A DNA stretch of 64,000 nucleotides, taken from contig CATNEN010000024.1 in NCBI GenBank assembly GCA_950097015.1, forward strand, positions 1,736,001-1,800,000. The letters are read 5' to 3'. This document shows positions 26,301-37,226 of this stretch, one piece after another (within the stretch, counting starts at the first letter, position 1; every line of letters begins with the position of its first letter). The translations under genes were made by a program, and so were the position numbers. The notes beneath the pieces were generated by a model. The model worked only from the letters and a program-made list of their open reading frames with translations. It ran no database searches and was not told where the DNA came from. This stretch comes from Macrostomum hystrix. Lineage: Eukaryota; Animalia; Platyhelminthes.

Positions 26301-26816
26301 TCCTTCCTTCCTTCCTTCCTTCCTTCCTTCCTTCCTTCCTTCCTTCCGTTCCTTTCCTTACTTTTTTACGAAACTATAAGGCAGGCACTCGCTCCAATAG
26401 GCCTCTGGATTGGCGTCTCCATGGTAACGCTTTGCGAGTTCGCCGAGATCTCCCTGATCATGTGCTCCTACTACGCGCTGTCCATTGTGCACCGAATATC
26501 CAATGCTCTGACTGCTCCAAGCTCGAATGAGAAGGATGCCGAAGCGACTGGCTTTTATGGAAACCAAAACAACGCAGACAAGCAGGCTGCAACAGCCGCG
26601 GCCGCCTCCTCGGATCCCTGGACGGAGCTGCAGTCGCCGCTGCTAGTGCCCCGACCAACTGCCGAGGGTCGGGCGGCCTCACTTAGTGCTAGCGATCTCA
26701 GCCTCATCGATGGGGCACCGCAGCAGCATCAGCAGCAGCTCCCGACACTGGCATGCGAAGTAGCGACTTCGTCATCCGCTGACGGGAAACCGGATGGCAA
26801 GGAGACGCGCTTGTGA
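14241..26816 (+). CDS. DEG/ENaC (amiloride-sensitive sodium channel family) subunit, ~756 aa, 4 exons
   Basis: Exons: 14241-15098, 22152-22306, 25047-25888, 26401-26816 (phases 0, 2, 1; all GT-AG). Motifs: TSAHGL (HG), TM1, FPDVTFCD, YGNCFSF, GLVLVL, GGLRVAVH, Cys-rich thumb, SRWP, and LFSDLGGIMGLWIGVSMVTLCE (TM2 with GxS filter). The C-terminus is ETRL. Confidence 0.93.
15165..15762. repeat. 18-bp minisatellite (TGCTCACCTGTTAGACAG) at the start of ENaC intron 1
   Basis: More than 30 near-identical units starting ~65 nt after the donor. Confidence 0.95.
16163..16578. repeat. 25-bp minisatellite
   Basis: Tandem ACACAAAGCTACTCGTATTGGGTGT. Confidence 0.95.
17143..17400 (+). repeat. Two 37-bp-family units followed by a derived 36-bp array
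   Basis: TAGACTAGCAATCCGTTCTATT...TTTGAGA x2 (37 nt each), then TAGCAATCCAGTCCATTCCATCAGCATTGAGCAGTT x~5. Confidence 0.85.
17905..18930. repeat. 30-bp then 23-bp minisatellite
   Basis: GATAGTGGGAGATTTGGGATTCTGGTCATT units, then GATAGTGGGAGATTCTGGTCATT units. Confidence 0.95.
19453..20000 (+). repeat. 37-bp family minisatellite array A
   Basis: GGGATAGATTAGCAATCCATTCTATTCCTTCATCCAT, period 37. Confidence 0.95.
21455..22115 (+). repeat. 37-bp family array B, ending ~35 nt before ENaC exon 2
   Basis: ATGGGATAGATTAGCAATCCATTCTATTCCTCCAAAC variant. Confidence 0.95.
22368..22645 (+). mobile_element. tRNA-derived SINE, family 1 (ENaC intron 2)
   Basis: A box TAGCCTAGTGG and B box GTTCGATTCCC; body homologous to 795-985; (ATT)-rich tail. 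Confidence 0.8.
23593..24140. repeat. 46/49-bp minisatellite, ENaC intron 2
   Basis: GAGCGTCTCTTCTGCACTGATCTTGTGACACCACACTGGAATGAC(GTC)T units. Confidence 0.95.
24770..24815 (+). mobile_element. Internally deleted SINE family 1 fragment
   Basis: TTCACCCAGCTGT joined to CCCAGTCCACAGACTGAACA, two separate blocks of the family 1 body. Confidence 0.45.
25900..26352. repeat. (CCTT)n microsatellite filling ENaC intron 3
   Basis: Long CCTT run between the donor at 25889 and the acceptor at 26400. Confidence 0.97.
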
Positions 26817-27249
26817 TGTTTCGCGCCGCACCCCATACTCGATCGTCCCATCGATTGCGACTGATTTTGTCTTTGAAAAAAGTATTTTTGGTTGTAACAA
26901 CCGAAATAGTATTCGTCTCCGCAGAAAAACTTATTATGTGCAAAAGAGATAGCTTCCAATTTTTCCTAGCGATTAGGCCATTGGTTGCCTGATAAATGCC
27001 CACTTTGTGAATCTGCATGAATAGCCGAAAAACTTTGTGTCTTACATAAACTTCTGTTGAACTCTCTCGATTCCTTGACGTTAAGAATTCTGATTTATGG
27101 ACCAATTTTGTAAGCAACTTTCATAGAATATTAACAGCCTTTAACTTCCGTTTAGAGCTCTTGTTGTGTCAATACTACCGTTGTCTCAATATTGATCTTG
27201 TGGCATCTGTTGCGCTGTTGTTGCGTTGATTCTGCAAACCCACCTCAAT

Positions 27250-29445
27250 CCTCCGCCCGCATCACTCCTCCGCCCGCATCACTCCTCCGCCAGCATCACT
27301 CCTCCGCCCGAATCACTCCTCCGCCCGCATCACTCCTCCGCCCGCATCACTCCTCCGCCCGCATCTCTCCTATATCCGCATCACTCCTCCGCCCGTATCT
27401 CTCCTCCGCCCGCATCACTCCTCCGCCCGCATCTCTCCTATATCTGCATCACTCCTCCGCCCGTATCTCTCCTCCGCCCGCATCACTCCTCCGCCCGCAT
27501 CTCTCCTATATCCGCATCACTCCTCCGCCCGTATCTCTCCTCCGCCCGCATCACTCCTCCGCCCGCATCTCTCCTATATCCGCATCACTCCTCCGCCCGT
27601 ATCTCTCCTCCGCCCGCATCACTCCTCCGCCCGCATCTCTCCTATATCCGCATCACTCCTCCGCCCGTATCTCTCCTCCGCCCGCATCACTCCTCCGCCC
27701 GCATCTCTCCTACATCCGCCTCACTCCTCCGCCAAACTTACTCTTCCACCCACCTCACCCCTCCCCCACCTCACTCTTACGCGCGCCTCACTCCTCCACC
27801 CACCTCACTCCTGCGGGCACCTCACTCCTCCACCCACCTCCAACATCCGTCCACCTAACTCCTCCACCAAACTCACTCCTCCACCCACCTCACTCCTCCA
27901 CCAATCTCACTCCTCCGCGCACCTCAATCCTCCACCCACCTCCAACATCCGTCCACCTCACTCCTCCACCAATCTCACTCCTCCACCCACCTAACTCCTC
28001 CACCAATCTCACTCCTCCCCCACCTCACTCCTACGCGCGCCTCACTCCTCCACCCACCTCACTCCTACGCGCACCTCACCCTCCACCCACCTCCAACATC
28101 CGTCCACCTCACTCCTCCACCCCCTCCTTCATCAATCCACCTCACTCCTCCACCAATCTCACTCCTCCATCCACCTCACTCCTACGCGCACCTCACTCCT
28201 CCACCCACCTCCAACATCCGTCCACCTAACTCCTCCACCAATCTCACTCCTCCACCCACCTAACTCCTCCACCAATCTCACTCCTCCCCCACCTCACTCC
28301 TACGCGCGCCTCACTCCTCCACCCACCTCACTCCTACGCGCGCCTCACTCCTCCACCCAACTCACTCCTACGCGCACCTCACTCCTCCACCCACCTCCAA
28401 CATCCGTCCACCTAACTCCTCCACCAATCTCACTCCTCCACCCACCTAACTCCTCCACCAATCTCACTCCTCCCCCACCTCACTCCTACGCGCGCCTCAC
28501 TCCTCCACCCACCTCACTCCTACGCGCACCTCACCCTCCACCCACCTCCAACATCCGTCCACCTCACTCCTCCACCCCCCTCCTTCATCCGTCCACCTCA
28601 CTCCTCCACCAATCTCACTCCTCCCCCACCTCACTCCTACGCGCGCCTCACTCCTCCACCCACCTCACTCCTACGCGCACCTCACCCTCCACCCACCTCC
28701 AACATCCGTCCACCTCACTCCTCCACCCCCCTCCTTCATCCGTCCACCTCACTCCTCCACCAATCTCACTCCTCCACCCACCTCACTCCTACGCGCACCT
28801 CACTCCTCCACCCACCTCCAACATCCGTCCACCTAACTCCTCCACCAATCTCACTCCTCCACCCACCTAACTCCTCCACCAATCTCACTCCTCCCCCACC
28901 TCACTCCTACGCGCGCCTCACTCCTCCACCCACCTCACTCCTACGCGCGCCTCACTCCTCCACCCAACTCACTCCTACGCGCACCTCACTCCTCCACCCA
29001 CCTCCAACATCCGTCCACCTAACTCCTCCACCAATCTCACTCCTCCACCCACCTAACTCCTCCACCAATCTCACTCCTCCACCCACCTAACTCCTCCACC
29101 AATCTCACTCCTCCCCCACCTCACTCCTACGCGCGCCTCACTCCTCCACCCACCTCACTCCTACGCGCACCTCACCCTCCACTTACCTCCAACATCCGTC
29201 CACCTCACTCCTCCACCCCCCTCCTTCATCCGTCCACCTCACTCCTCCACCAATCTCACTCCTCCCCCCACCTCACTCCTACGCGCGCCTCACTCCTCCA
29301 CCCACCTCACTCCTACGCGCACCTCACCCTCCAACCACCTCCAACATCCGTCCACCTCACTCCTCCACCCCCCTCCTTCATCCGTCCACCTCACTCCTCC
29401 ACCAACTCACTCCTCCACTAATCTCACTCCTCCGCGCACCTCAAT
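27250..29445. repeat. C-rich composite minisatellite with higher-order structure
   Basis: CTCCTCCGCCCGCATCA units (27250-27730), then CTCACTCCTCCACCCA-based blocks recurring in long units. Confidence 0.9.
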
Positions 29446-30074
29446 CCTACTCGTTAACTGCGTTGTCATATAAAGAGATGCTGTTTCTTTTTTTTCATAT
29501 TTTATATTCATTTTCATATTTTTCATTTTTTCATATTTTATCTTGTATGAGTGAACTATTTGCAGACAAAGTCTGTATTTTTTACTAAATCGAATCTCAC
29601 CGCAAAATCCACGAGAACTCGCGCCACACAAATATTTTGTTCCAAGCACTGTAATAAAGCTGATTATAAATATCAATCAAAACTTTGCCGCCAAGTGTCG
29701 GGACGCAAGCACAACCTTCTGAAACCTACAATTTCTGATCTGCAGCGCCGCAGAACACAGTCATTAGACAGTGAGCCAGAGCTCCTCTGTGCTTGACAGG
29801 CCAAAATTTAGATTAGAAATTTATTGCTGCCTAATTATTGATTTGAATTGAAATCAAATACTGGCAAACGTATTGATAAAGTTACAAACAATGATGATAT
29901 TAAAAGCTTTTTTCAAAAAGCAGGATTTCATTGCCATAAAGCACATTTTTGTTTCTACTCCTCATTTCCACTACGAGCTAAAATTATAAATTCAAATCAA
30001 AATTGAATTTTCTGCATTAATTTAGTATGGACGCGGAAAACGGTAGGGACAAGCCATCAATTCCATTCCCTCAT

Positions 30075-32003
30075 AGATTAGCAATCCATTCTACTCTCTC
30101 ATCCTTGGGATAGATTAGCAATCCATTCTACTCTCTCATCCTTGGGATAGATTAGCAATCCATTCTACTCTCTCATCCTTGGGATAGATTAGCAATCCAT
30201 TCTACTCTCTCATCTATGGGATAGATTAGCAATCCATTCTACTCTCTCATCTATGGGATAGATTAGCAATCCATTCTATTCTCTCATCCTTGGGATAGAT
30301 TAGCAATCCATTCTACTCTCTCATCCTTGGGATAGATTAGCAATCCATTCTACTCTCTCATCTATGGGATAGATTAGCAATCCATTCTACTCTCTCATCC
30401 TTGGGATAGATTAGCAATCCATTCTACTCTCTCATCTATGGGATAGATTAGCAATCCATTCTACTCTCTCATCTATGGGATAGATTAGCAATCCATTCTA
30501 CTCTCTCATCTATGGGATAGATTAGCAATCCATTCTACTCTCTCATCCTTGGGATAGATTAGCAATCCATTCTACTCTCTCATCTATGGGATAGATTAGC
30601 AATCCATTCTATTCTCTCATCCTTGGGATAGATTAGCAATCCATTCTATTCTCTCATCTATGGGATAGATTAGCAATCCATTCTATTCTCTCATCTATGG
30701 GATAGATTAGCAATCCATTCTATTCTCTCATCCTTGGGATAGATTAGCAATCCATTCTATTCTCTCATCTATGGGATAGATTAGCAATCCATTCTATTCT
30801 CTCATCTATGGGATAGATTAGCAATCCATTCTATTCTCTCATCCTTGGGATAGATTAGCAATCCATTCTACTCTCTCATCTATGGGATAGATTAGCAATC
30901 CATTCTACTCTCTCATCCTTGGGATAGATTAGCAATCCATTCTACTCTCTCATCTATGGGATAGATTAGCAATCCATTCTACTCTCTCATCCTTGGGATA
31001 GATTAGCAATCCATTCTACTCTCTCATCTATGGGATAGATTAGCAATCCATTCTACTCTCTCATCTATGGGATAGATTAGCAATCCATTCTATTCTCTCA
31101 TCTATGGGATAGATTAGCAATCCATTCTATTCTCTCATCCTTGGGATAGATTAGCAATCCATTCTATTCTCTCATCTATGGGATAGATTAGCAATCCATT
31201 CTATTCTCTCATCTATGGGATAGATTAGCAATCCATTCTATTCTCTCATCCTTGGGATAGATTAGCAATCCATTCTACTCTCTCATCTATGGGATAGATT
31301 AGCAATCCATTCTACTCTCTCATCCTTGGGATAGATTAGCAATCCATTCTATTCTCTCATCCTTGGGATAGATTAGCAATCCATTCTATTCTCTCATCCT
31401 TGGGATAGATTAGCAATCCATTCTATTCTCTCATCCTTGGGATAGATTAGCAATCCATTCTATTCTCTCATCCTTGGGATAGATTAGCAATCCATTCTAT
31501 TCTCTCATCCTTGGGATAGATTAGCAATCCATTCTATTCTCTCATCCCTGGGATAGATTAGCAATCCATTCTATTCTCTCATCCTTGGGATAGATTAGCA
31601 ATCCATTCTATTCTCTCATCCTTGGGATAGATTAGCAATCCATTCTATTCTCTCATCCTTGGGATAGATTAGCAATCCATTCTATTCTCTCATCCTTGGG
31701 ATAGATTAGCAATCCATTCTATTCTCTCATCTATGGGATAGATTAGCAATCCATTCTATTCTCTCATCCTTGGGATAGATTAGCAATCCATTCTATTCTC
31801 TCATCTATGGGATAGATTAGCAATCCATTCTATTCTCCCATCTATGGGATAGATTAGCAATCCATTTTCTTCTCTCTTCCTTGGGATAGATTAGCAATCC
31901 ATTCTATTCTCTCATCTATGGGATAGATTAGCAATCCATTCTATTCTCCCATCTATGGGATAGATTAGCAATCCATTCTATTCTCTCATCCTTGGGATAG
32001 ATT
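30075..32003 (+). repeat. 37-bp family array C (~50 units)
   Basis: GGGATAGATTAGCAATCCATTCTA(C/T)TCTCTCATC(CTT/TAT). Confidence 0.97.
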
Positions 32004-32451
32004 GGTAGTAATGCATTCTTCTTGATAGTTAAAAGCAAACCAAGCACGCTTTTCACGGCAGTCCTCCGCGTTGCGATTTCCCCAGCCTGACGCCGAGGAT
32101 CGGTAGCTAATGTGGCTGATAGCACAATGGCCAATAGCTCGTACAAGCGAGTGCCAATAAATCACTCGGCTTATCAGACAGCAGAATCTAGTGGCTCTCT
32201 GCTAGTTCAGAATTTCGACCAAAAATAACTAACAACACCATTTTAGCTGCTGGTGGAGTTCTAGCAGTGTCATTGGATATGCTTCAATGTGCCAAGGTGC
32301 CGATTTCAGCTGTAATAGTTTCCGACGTCTAAAACCAACCGAAGACTTGTCTAGTTCATGTAAAAATTGTAGATCCATTACTTGACACTTTGCTGGGTTG
32401 GCTAGCCGAGTTACATGGGTTAAGTGATTGCTGAAAACACTACTGCCTTTG

Positions 32452-32610
32452 AGACTGAGAGAGACTGAGAGAGACTGAGAGAGACTGAGAGAGACTGAGA
32501 GAGACTGAGAGAGACTGAGAGCCTGAGAGACTGAGAGACTGAGAGACTGAGAGACTGTGAGACAGAGGGAGAGAGAGACAGAGGGAGAGAGAGACAGAGG
32601 GACAGAGAGA
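32452..32610. repeat. (GAGAGACTGA)n / GA-rich repeat
   Basis: Direct reading. Confidence 0.9.
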
Positions 32611-33242
32611 CAAGGGAAAAATAATAGGTAAAAAGTAGAATAGGCGGCCGGAGCGCTCTACTCAGGAACTGCACGAAAAAAAGCGACCAAAAATCTGTAG
32701 GAACAAGTGAAGACGGATTTCAGACGGCAAATAACTGCGGTGTCTTGTTCTTTGCGAGAGCTCCATACTCTTATAGATAGCTGTGTAAACTATGTAATCT
32801 AAGTGGATTTCAGACAAAAAAGCGAGCATTCAAAAGCGACTATACGGATCCCTACGCGGTCTACAGTAACGAGTGACTTATTATACTTATTCAGCATGTA
32901 ATGCTACAATAGAGCACGTGGTAGTGAATGCTTATGCAAATAGCGGCAGCCTCTCACTTGACAAACTGTTTTAACTCTGGGAAGTTCTTCTATCTGGAAC
33001 TCCGAAGTAGTTTTTATTGTCAATGAGAGTTTATTAGCTTACTGACCTACTTAAAGTAGGCAAATTAACCAAGGACAACTGCAAGAAGAGGGACCGAACA
33101 CTTCGTTTCTTGGAAAATTTATTAAAGTCAGATTTTCACGAAAAATGCACTAGCGAGATAGGAAATAGAAGAGGAAAGAAAGGAGAGACAAAGAGAGAGA
33201 GATAGAGAGAGAGAGACAATGAGTGGACATTATGAAGCTGTC

Positions 33243-34628
33243 CACAATCCCAGTCCCATGATCCGATCTTCTCCCAGTCCCATGATCCGATCTTCTCCCA
33301 GTCCCATGATCCGATCTTCTCTCAGTCCCATGATCCGATCTTCTCCCAGTCCCATGATCCGATCTTCTCCCAGTCCCATGATCCGATCTTCTCCCAGTCC
33401 CATGATCCGATCTTCTCCCAGTCCCATGATCCGATCTTCTCCCAGTCCCATGATCCGATCTTCTCCCAGTCCCATGATCCGATCTTCTCCCAGTCCCATG
33501 ATCCCAAATTTTCCCAATCCCATGATCCCATAGTTTCCCAATCCCATGATCCCATCTTTTCCCAATCCCAAGATCCGATCTTCTCCCAGTCCCATGATCC
33601 CAAATTTTCCCAATCCCATGATCCCATAGTTTCCCAATCCCATGATCCCATCTTTTCCCAATCCCAAGATCCGATCTTCTCCCAGTCCCATGATCCCAAA
33701 TTTTCCCAATCCCATGATCCCATCTTTTCCCAATCCCAAGATCCGATCTTCTCCCAGTCCCATGATCCGATCTTCTCCCAGTCCCATGATCCGATCTTCT
33801 CCCAGTCCCATGATCCGATCTTCTCCCAGTCCCATGATCCGATCTTCTCCCAGTCCCATGATCCGATCTTCTCCCAGTCCCATGATCCGATCTTCTCCCA
33901 GTCCCATGATCCCAAATTTTCCCAATCCCATGATCCCATAGTTTCCCAATCCCATGATCCCATCTTTTCCCAATCCCAAGATCCGATCTTCTCCCAATCC
34001 CATGATCCCAAATTTTCCCAATCCCATGATCCCATCTTTTCCCAATCCCAAGATCCGATCTTCTCCCAGTCCCATGATCCCAAATTTTCCCAATCCCATG
34101 ATCCCATAGTTTCCCAATCCCATGATCCCATCTTTTCCCAATCCCAAGATCCGATCTTCTCCCAATCCCATGATCCCATCTTTTCCCAATCCCATGATCC
34201 CATCTTCTTCCAATCCCATGATCCCATCTTTTCCCAATCCTATGATCCCATCTTCTCCCAATCCCATGATCCCATCTTTTCCCAATCCCATGATCCCATC
34301 TTCTCCCAATCCCATGATCCCATCTTTTCCCAATCCCATGATCCCATCTTTTCCCAATCCCATGATTCCATCTTTTCCCAATCCCATGATTCTATCTTTT
34401 CCCAATCCCATGATTCCATCTTTTCCCAATCCCATGATCCCATCTTTTCCCAGTCCCATGATCCCATCTTCTCCCAATCCCATGATCCCATCTTTTCCCA
34501 ATCCCATGATCCGATCTTCTACCAATCCCATGATCCCATCTTTTCCCAATCCCATGATCCCATCTTTTCCCAATCCCATGATCCCATCTTTTCCCAATCC
34601 CATGATCCCATCTTTTCCCAGTCCCATG
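33243..34628. repeat. 24-bp minisatellite with higher-order variant blocks
   Basis: CCCATGATCCGATCTTCTCCCAGT and variants. Confidence 0.97.
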
Positions 34629-35019
34629 ATTAAATCCTGGTTTTTTTCATTTAAAATGTTTTTAAAAACGAATATTCGATCTGGACTTTTATTAAAAAAC
34701 TTTCGTGTCTTCGATTTAATTAATTCAGGCTGTTCAATGCAATCGAATCCAAGATTGATTCGCAATAAAATATGTTCTTGTACCCTGGCAGTTTATTTAG
34801 ACTGATAAGAGTCAGTGCCTAGCCAAGACAGCTCATTGTTGAAGTAGGTGGCTGGACGAGAAAATATTTACATCACTTGCTTTTGTGCACTCGATATAAA
34901 ATCTAACTTGATGGGAATTGCATTTTTGTACTTTCGCGTGGCAAATTAAAACGGATAATTGTAATTGTGCAAGGTAATCTCAAAGCCAACGGTCTTTGAG
35001 CACTGCTTCACATGAATAA

Positions 35020-35580
35020 AGGGGTATTAAGGCCAGTGCACTGAATGATAAGGGCTATTAAGGCCAATGCACTGAATGATAAGGGCTATTAAGGCCAATG
35101 CACTGAATGATAAGGGCTATTAAGGCCAATGCACTGAATGATAAGGGCTATTAAGGCCAGTGCACTGAATGATAAGGGGTATTAAGGCCAATGCACTGAA
35201 TGATAAGGGCTATTAAGGCCAGTGCACTGAATGATAAGGGGTATTAAGGCCAATGCACTGAATGATAAGGGGTATAAAGGCCAATGCACTGAATGATAAG
35301 GGCTATTAAGGCCAGTGCACTGAATGATAAGGGGTATTAAGGCCAATTCACTGATTGATAAGGGCTATTAAGGCCAATTCACTGATTGATAAGGGCTATT
35401 AAGGCCAATTCACTGAATGATAAGGGCTATTAAGGCCAATTCACTGATTGATAAGGGCTATTAAGGCCAATTCACTGATTGATAAGGGCTATTAAGGCCA
35501 ATTCACTGATTGATAAGGGGTATTAAGGCCAATTCACTGATTGATAAGGGCTATTAAGGCCAATGCACTGAAGGACAAGG
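35020..35580. repeat. 31-bp minisatellite
   Basis: AAGGCCAATGCACTGAATGATAAGGGCTATT, period 31. Confidence 0.95.
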
Positions 35581-36747
35581 GGTAAGGGCTTACTCATCGT
35601 TAATTACGTTTAAGCGAACATGACAGATACCTGTGTGACAACGCTTAACTACTAGACCACGGGGGTATTCCAAAGGCCCACATTTATAGTTTTTCTGTGT
35701 CCCCGAAAATATTCAACAAATTGTAATGAATATCAAGAACAGGGGCTAATATTTTAGGCTCTATCCGATTAAACAACATCTTGAATCACCGAAAAAAAAT
35801 TGGTTTGCGAGCTATTGTGAAGTGGGCAGGCAGGGAGATAAATAGCAGGGTCTACTGTTACCAGACCGTCTAAGCACAATGACACAAGAGAAGCATCAAA
35901 GTGCAAGTTCCGTGGTTTGTTGACATGCGAATAAATGTTCATAGTTTCAACTTGTAGTAAAAGCAGTTCTGGACGGAGCAGTTGAAGTGAGTATAGCTGG
36001 GAAAAGATAAATACTCCGCGTTGGATTGAGTTCAAAATCAATAGGCAAAGTGCCACTTTTCTGTCAGAGGCTTAGGGCCCTTAGGAAAAAACAACTAGAC
36101 TAAACATCTAACAAAAACTCAATCAGTAATTAGTCAATCAAATCAATCAAATCACAGCATGCATTGTACGAGCTAGTTGAGCCGCAGGTGAAATCACAGA
36201 ATAAGCAAAATTTAAACGCGGTGTGGCAAAGTACAGTCAAATACAGTTTTTGTCTCTTTTTCTGACAAACGAGTTTCACCAATAGTTCCAAGCATTCAGA
36301 ACATTGCTAAGGCACAACGCAAAAATCAAAATATTCTCTCCGGTAACTGCGTTGCATTTAAACAAAATATTCTAAGCGCGCGAATTAAAAAAAGAGAGAA
36401 AGTATTGAAACAAGGCACGCTGTTCTTCAAAATGGGAAAAAAACTCCCACTTGCTAAAGAATGTAAATATGAGTTCGAGTGCGCATTGTTCTGTGACACA
36501 GGAAGTGGCATTTGTACTTATTCCGCAATAAAGCTAAACGCTACGAAGAGGAAAATCATAGTAGACAGAGAGAAGAAAAATTGTCACTCAAATCGAAAAA
36601 GAAGCAATGATATAGTAAAAGCTCACACTACCAAAGCTGGGCCTCATTATTTCACAAACGGAAAAACATATCTGAAAAACATATTCTATGAAGGTCATAC
36701 AGAAGACAATCCTTTGTGTTCTCAAGCAAGGACTCAAAGATCGCACT

Positions 36748-37082
36748 CCTAGAATAGACACAACACAAATCTTACCCCTAGAATAGACACAACACTAAAT
36801 CTCACCCCTAGAATAGACACAACACTAAATCTCACACCTAGAATAGACACAACACTAAATCTCACACCTAGAATAGACACAACACTAAATCTCACACATA
36901 GAATAGACACAACACAAATCTCACCCCTAGAATAGACACAACACTAAATCTCACACATAGAATAGACACAACACTAAATCTCACACCTAGAATAGACACA
37001 ACACTAAATCTCACCCCTAGAATAGACACAACACTAAATCTCACCCCTAGAATAGACACAACACTAAATCTCACCCCTAGAA
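36748..37082. repeat. 30-bp minisatellite
   Basis: CTAGAATAGACACAACACTAAATCTCAC(A/C)C. Confidence 0.95.
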
Positions 37083-37226
37083 GCTAAAATCTCAATAAAC
37101 GCCAAAAAACTCCCATTGTGAAAGTATCGATTTTGAAATACCGAAAGCAGCGATATTGCCATCTATTGATTGACAAGGCGTGACCGGCAAGTTTTAGGAC
37201 TTGTCTGAATTTTTTTTCGGCGCAGT

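Noticed and set aside
25889-26379. LPSF-repeat C-terminus of the 454-aa ORF and the antisense RKEG ORF
   Set aside because: This is the (CCTT)n intron; the true frame splices 25888 to 26401 and completes TM2.
27192-28229. Pro/His/Ser-rich 345-aa ORF (extensin-like)
   Set aside because: Begins at a non-ATG codon and is made almost entirely of C-rich minisatellite.
30075-32003. 37-bp repeats as a CRISPR array
   Set aside because: Units are contiguous with no unique spacers, there are no cas genes, and the context is eukaryotic. The same applies to all other arrays.
33230-34765. 511-aa GLGEDRIM-repeat ORF and overlapping ORFs
   Set aside because: Translation of a 24-bp array that is stop-free in several frames; no non-repeat domain or splice support.
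34780-34870. Minus-strand terminal-exon-like segment (TYFNNELSWLGTDSYQSK*)
   Set aside because: No upstream exons could be linked.
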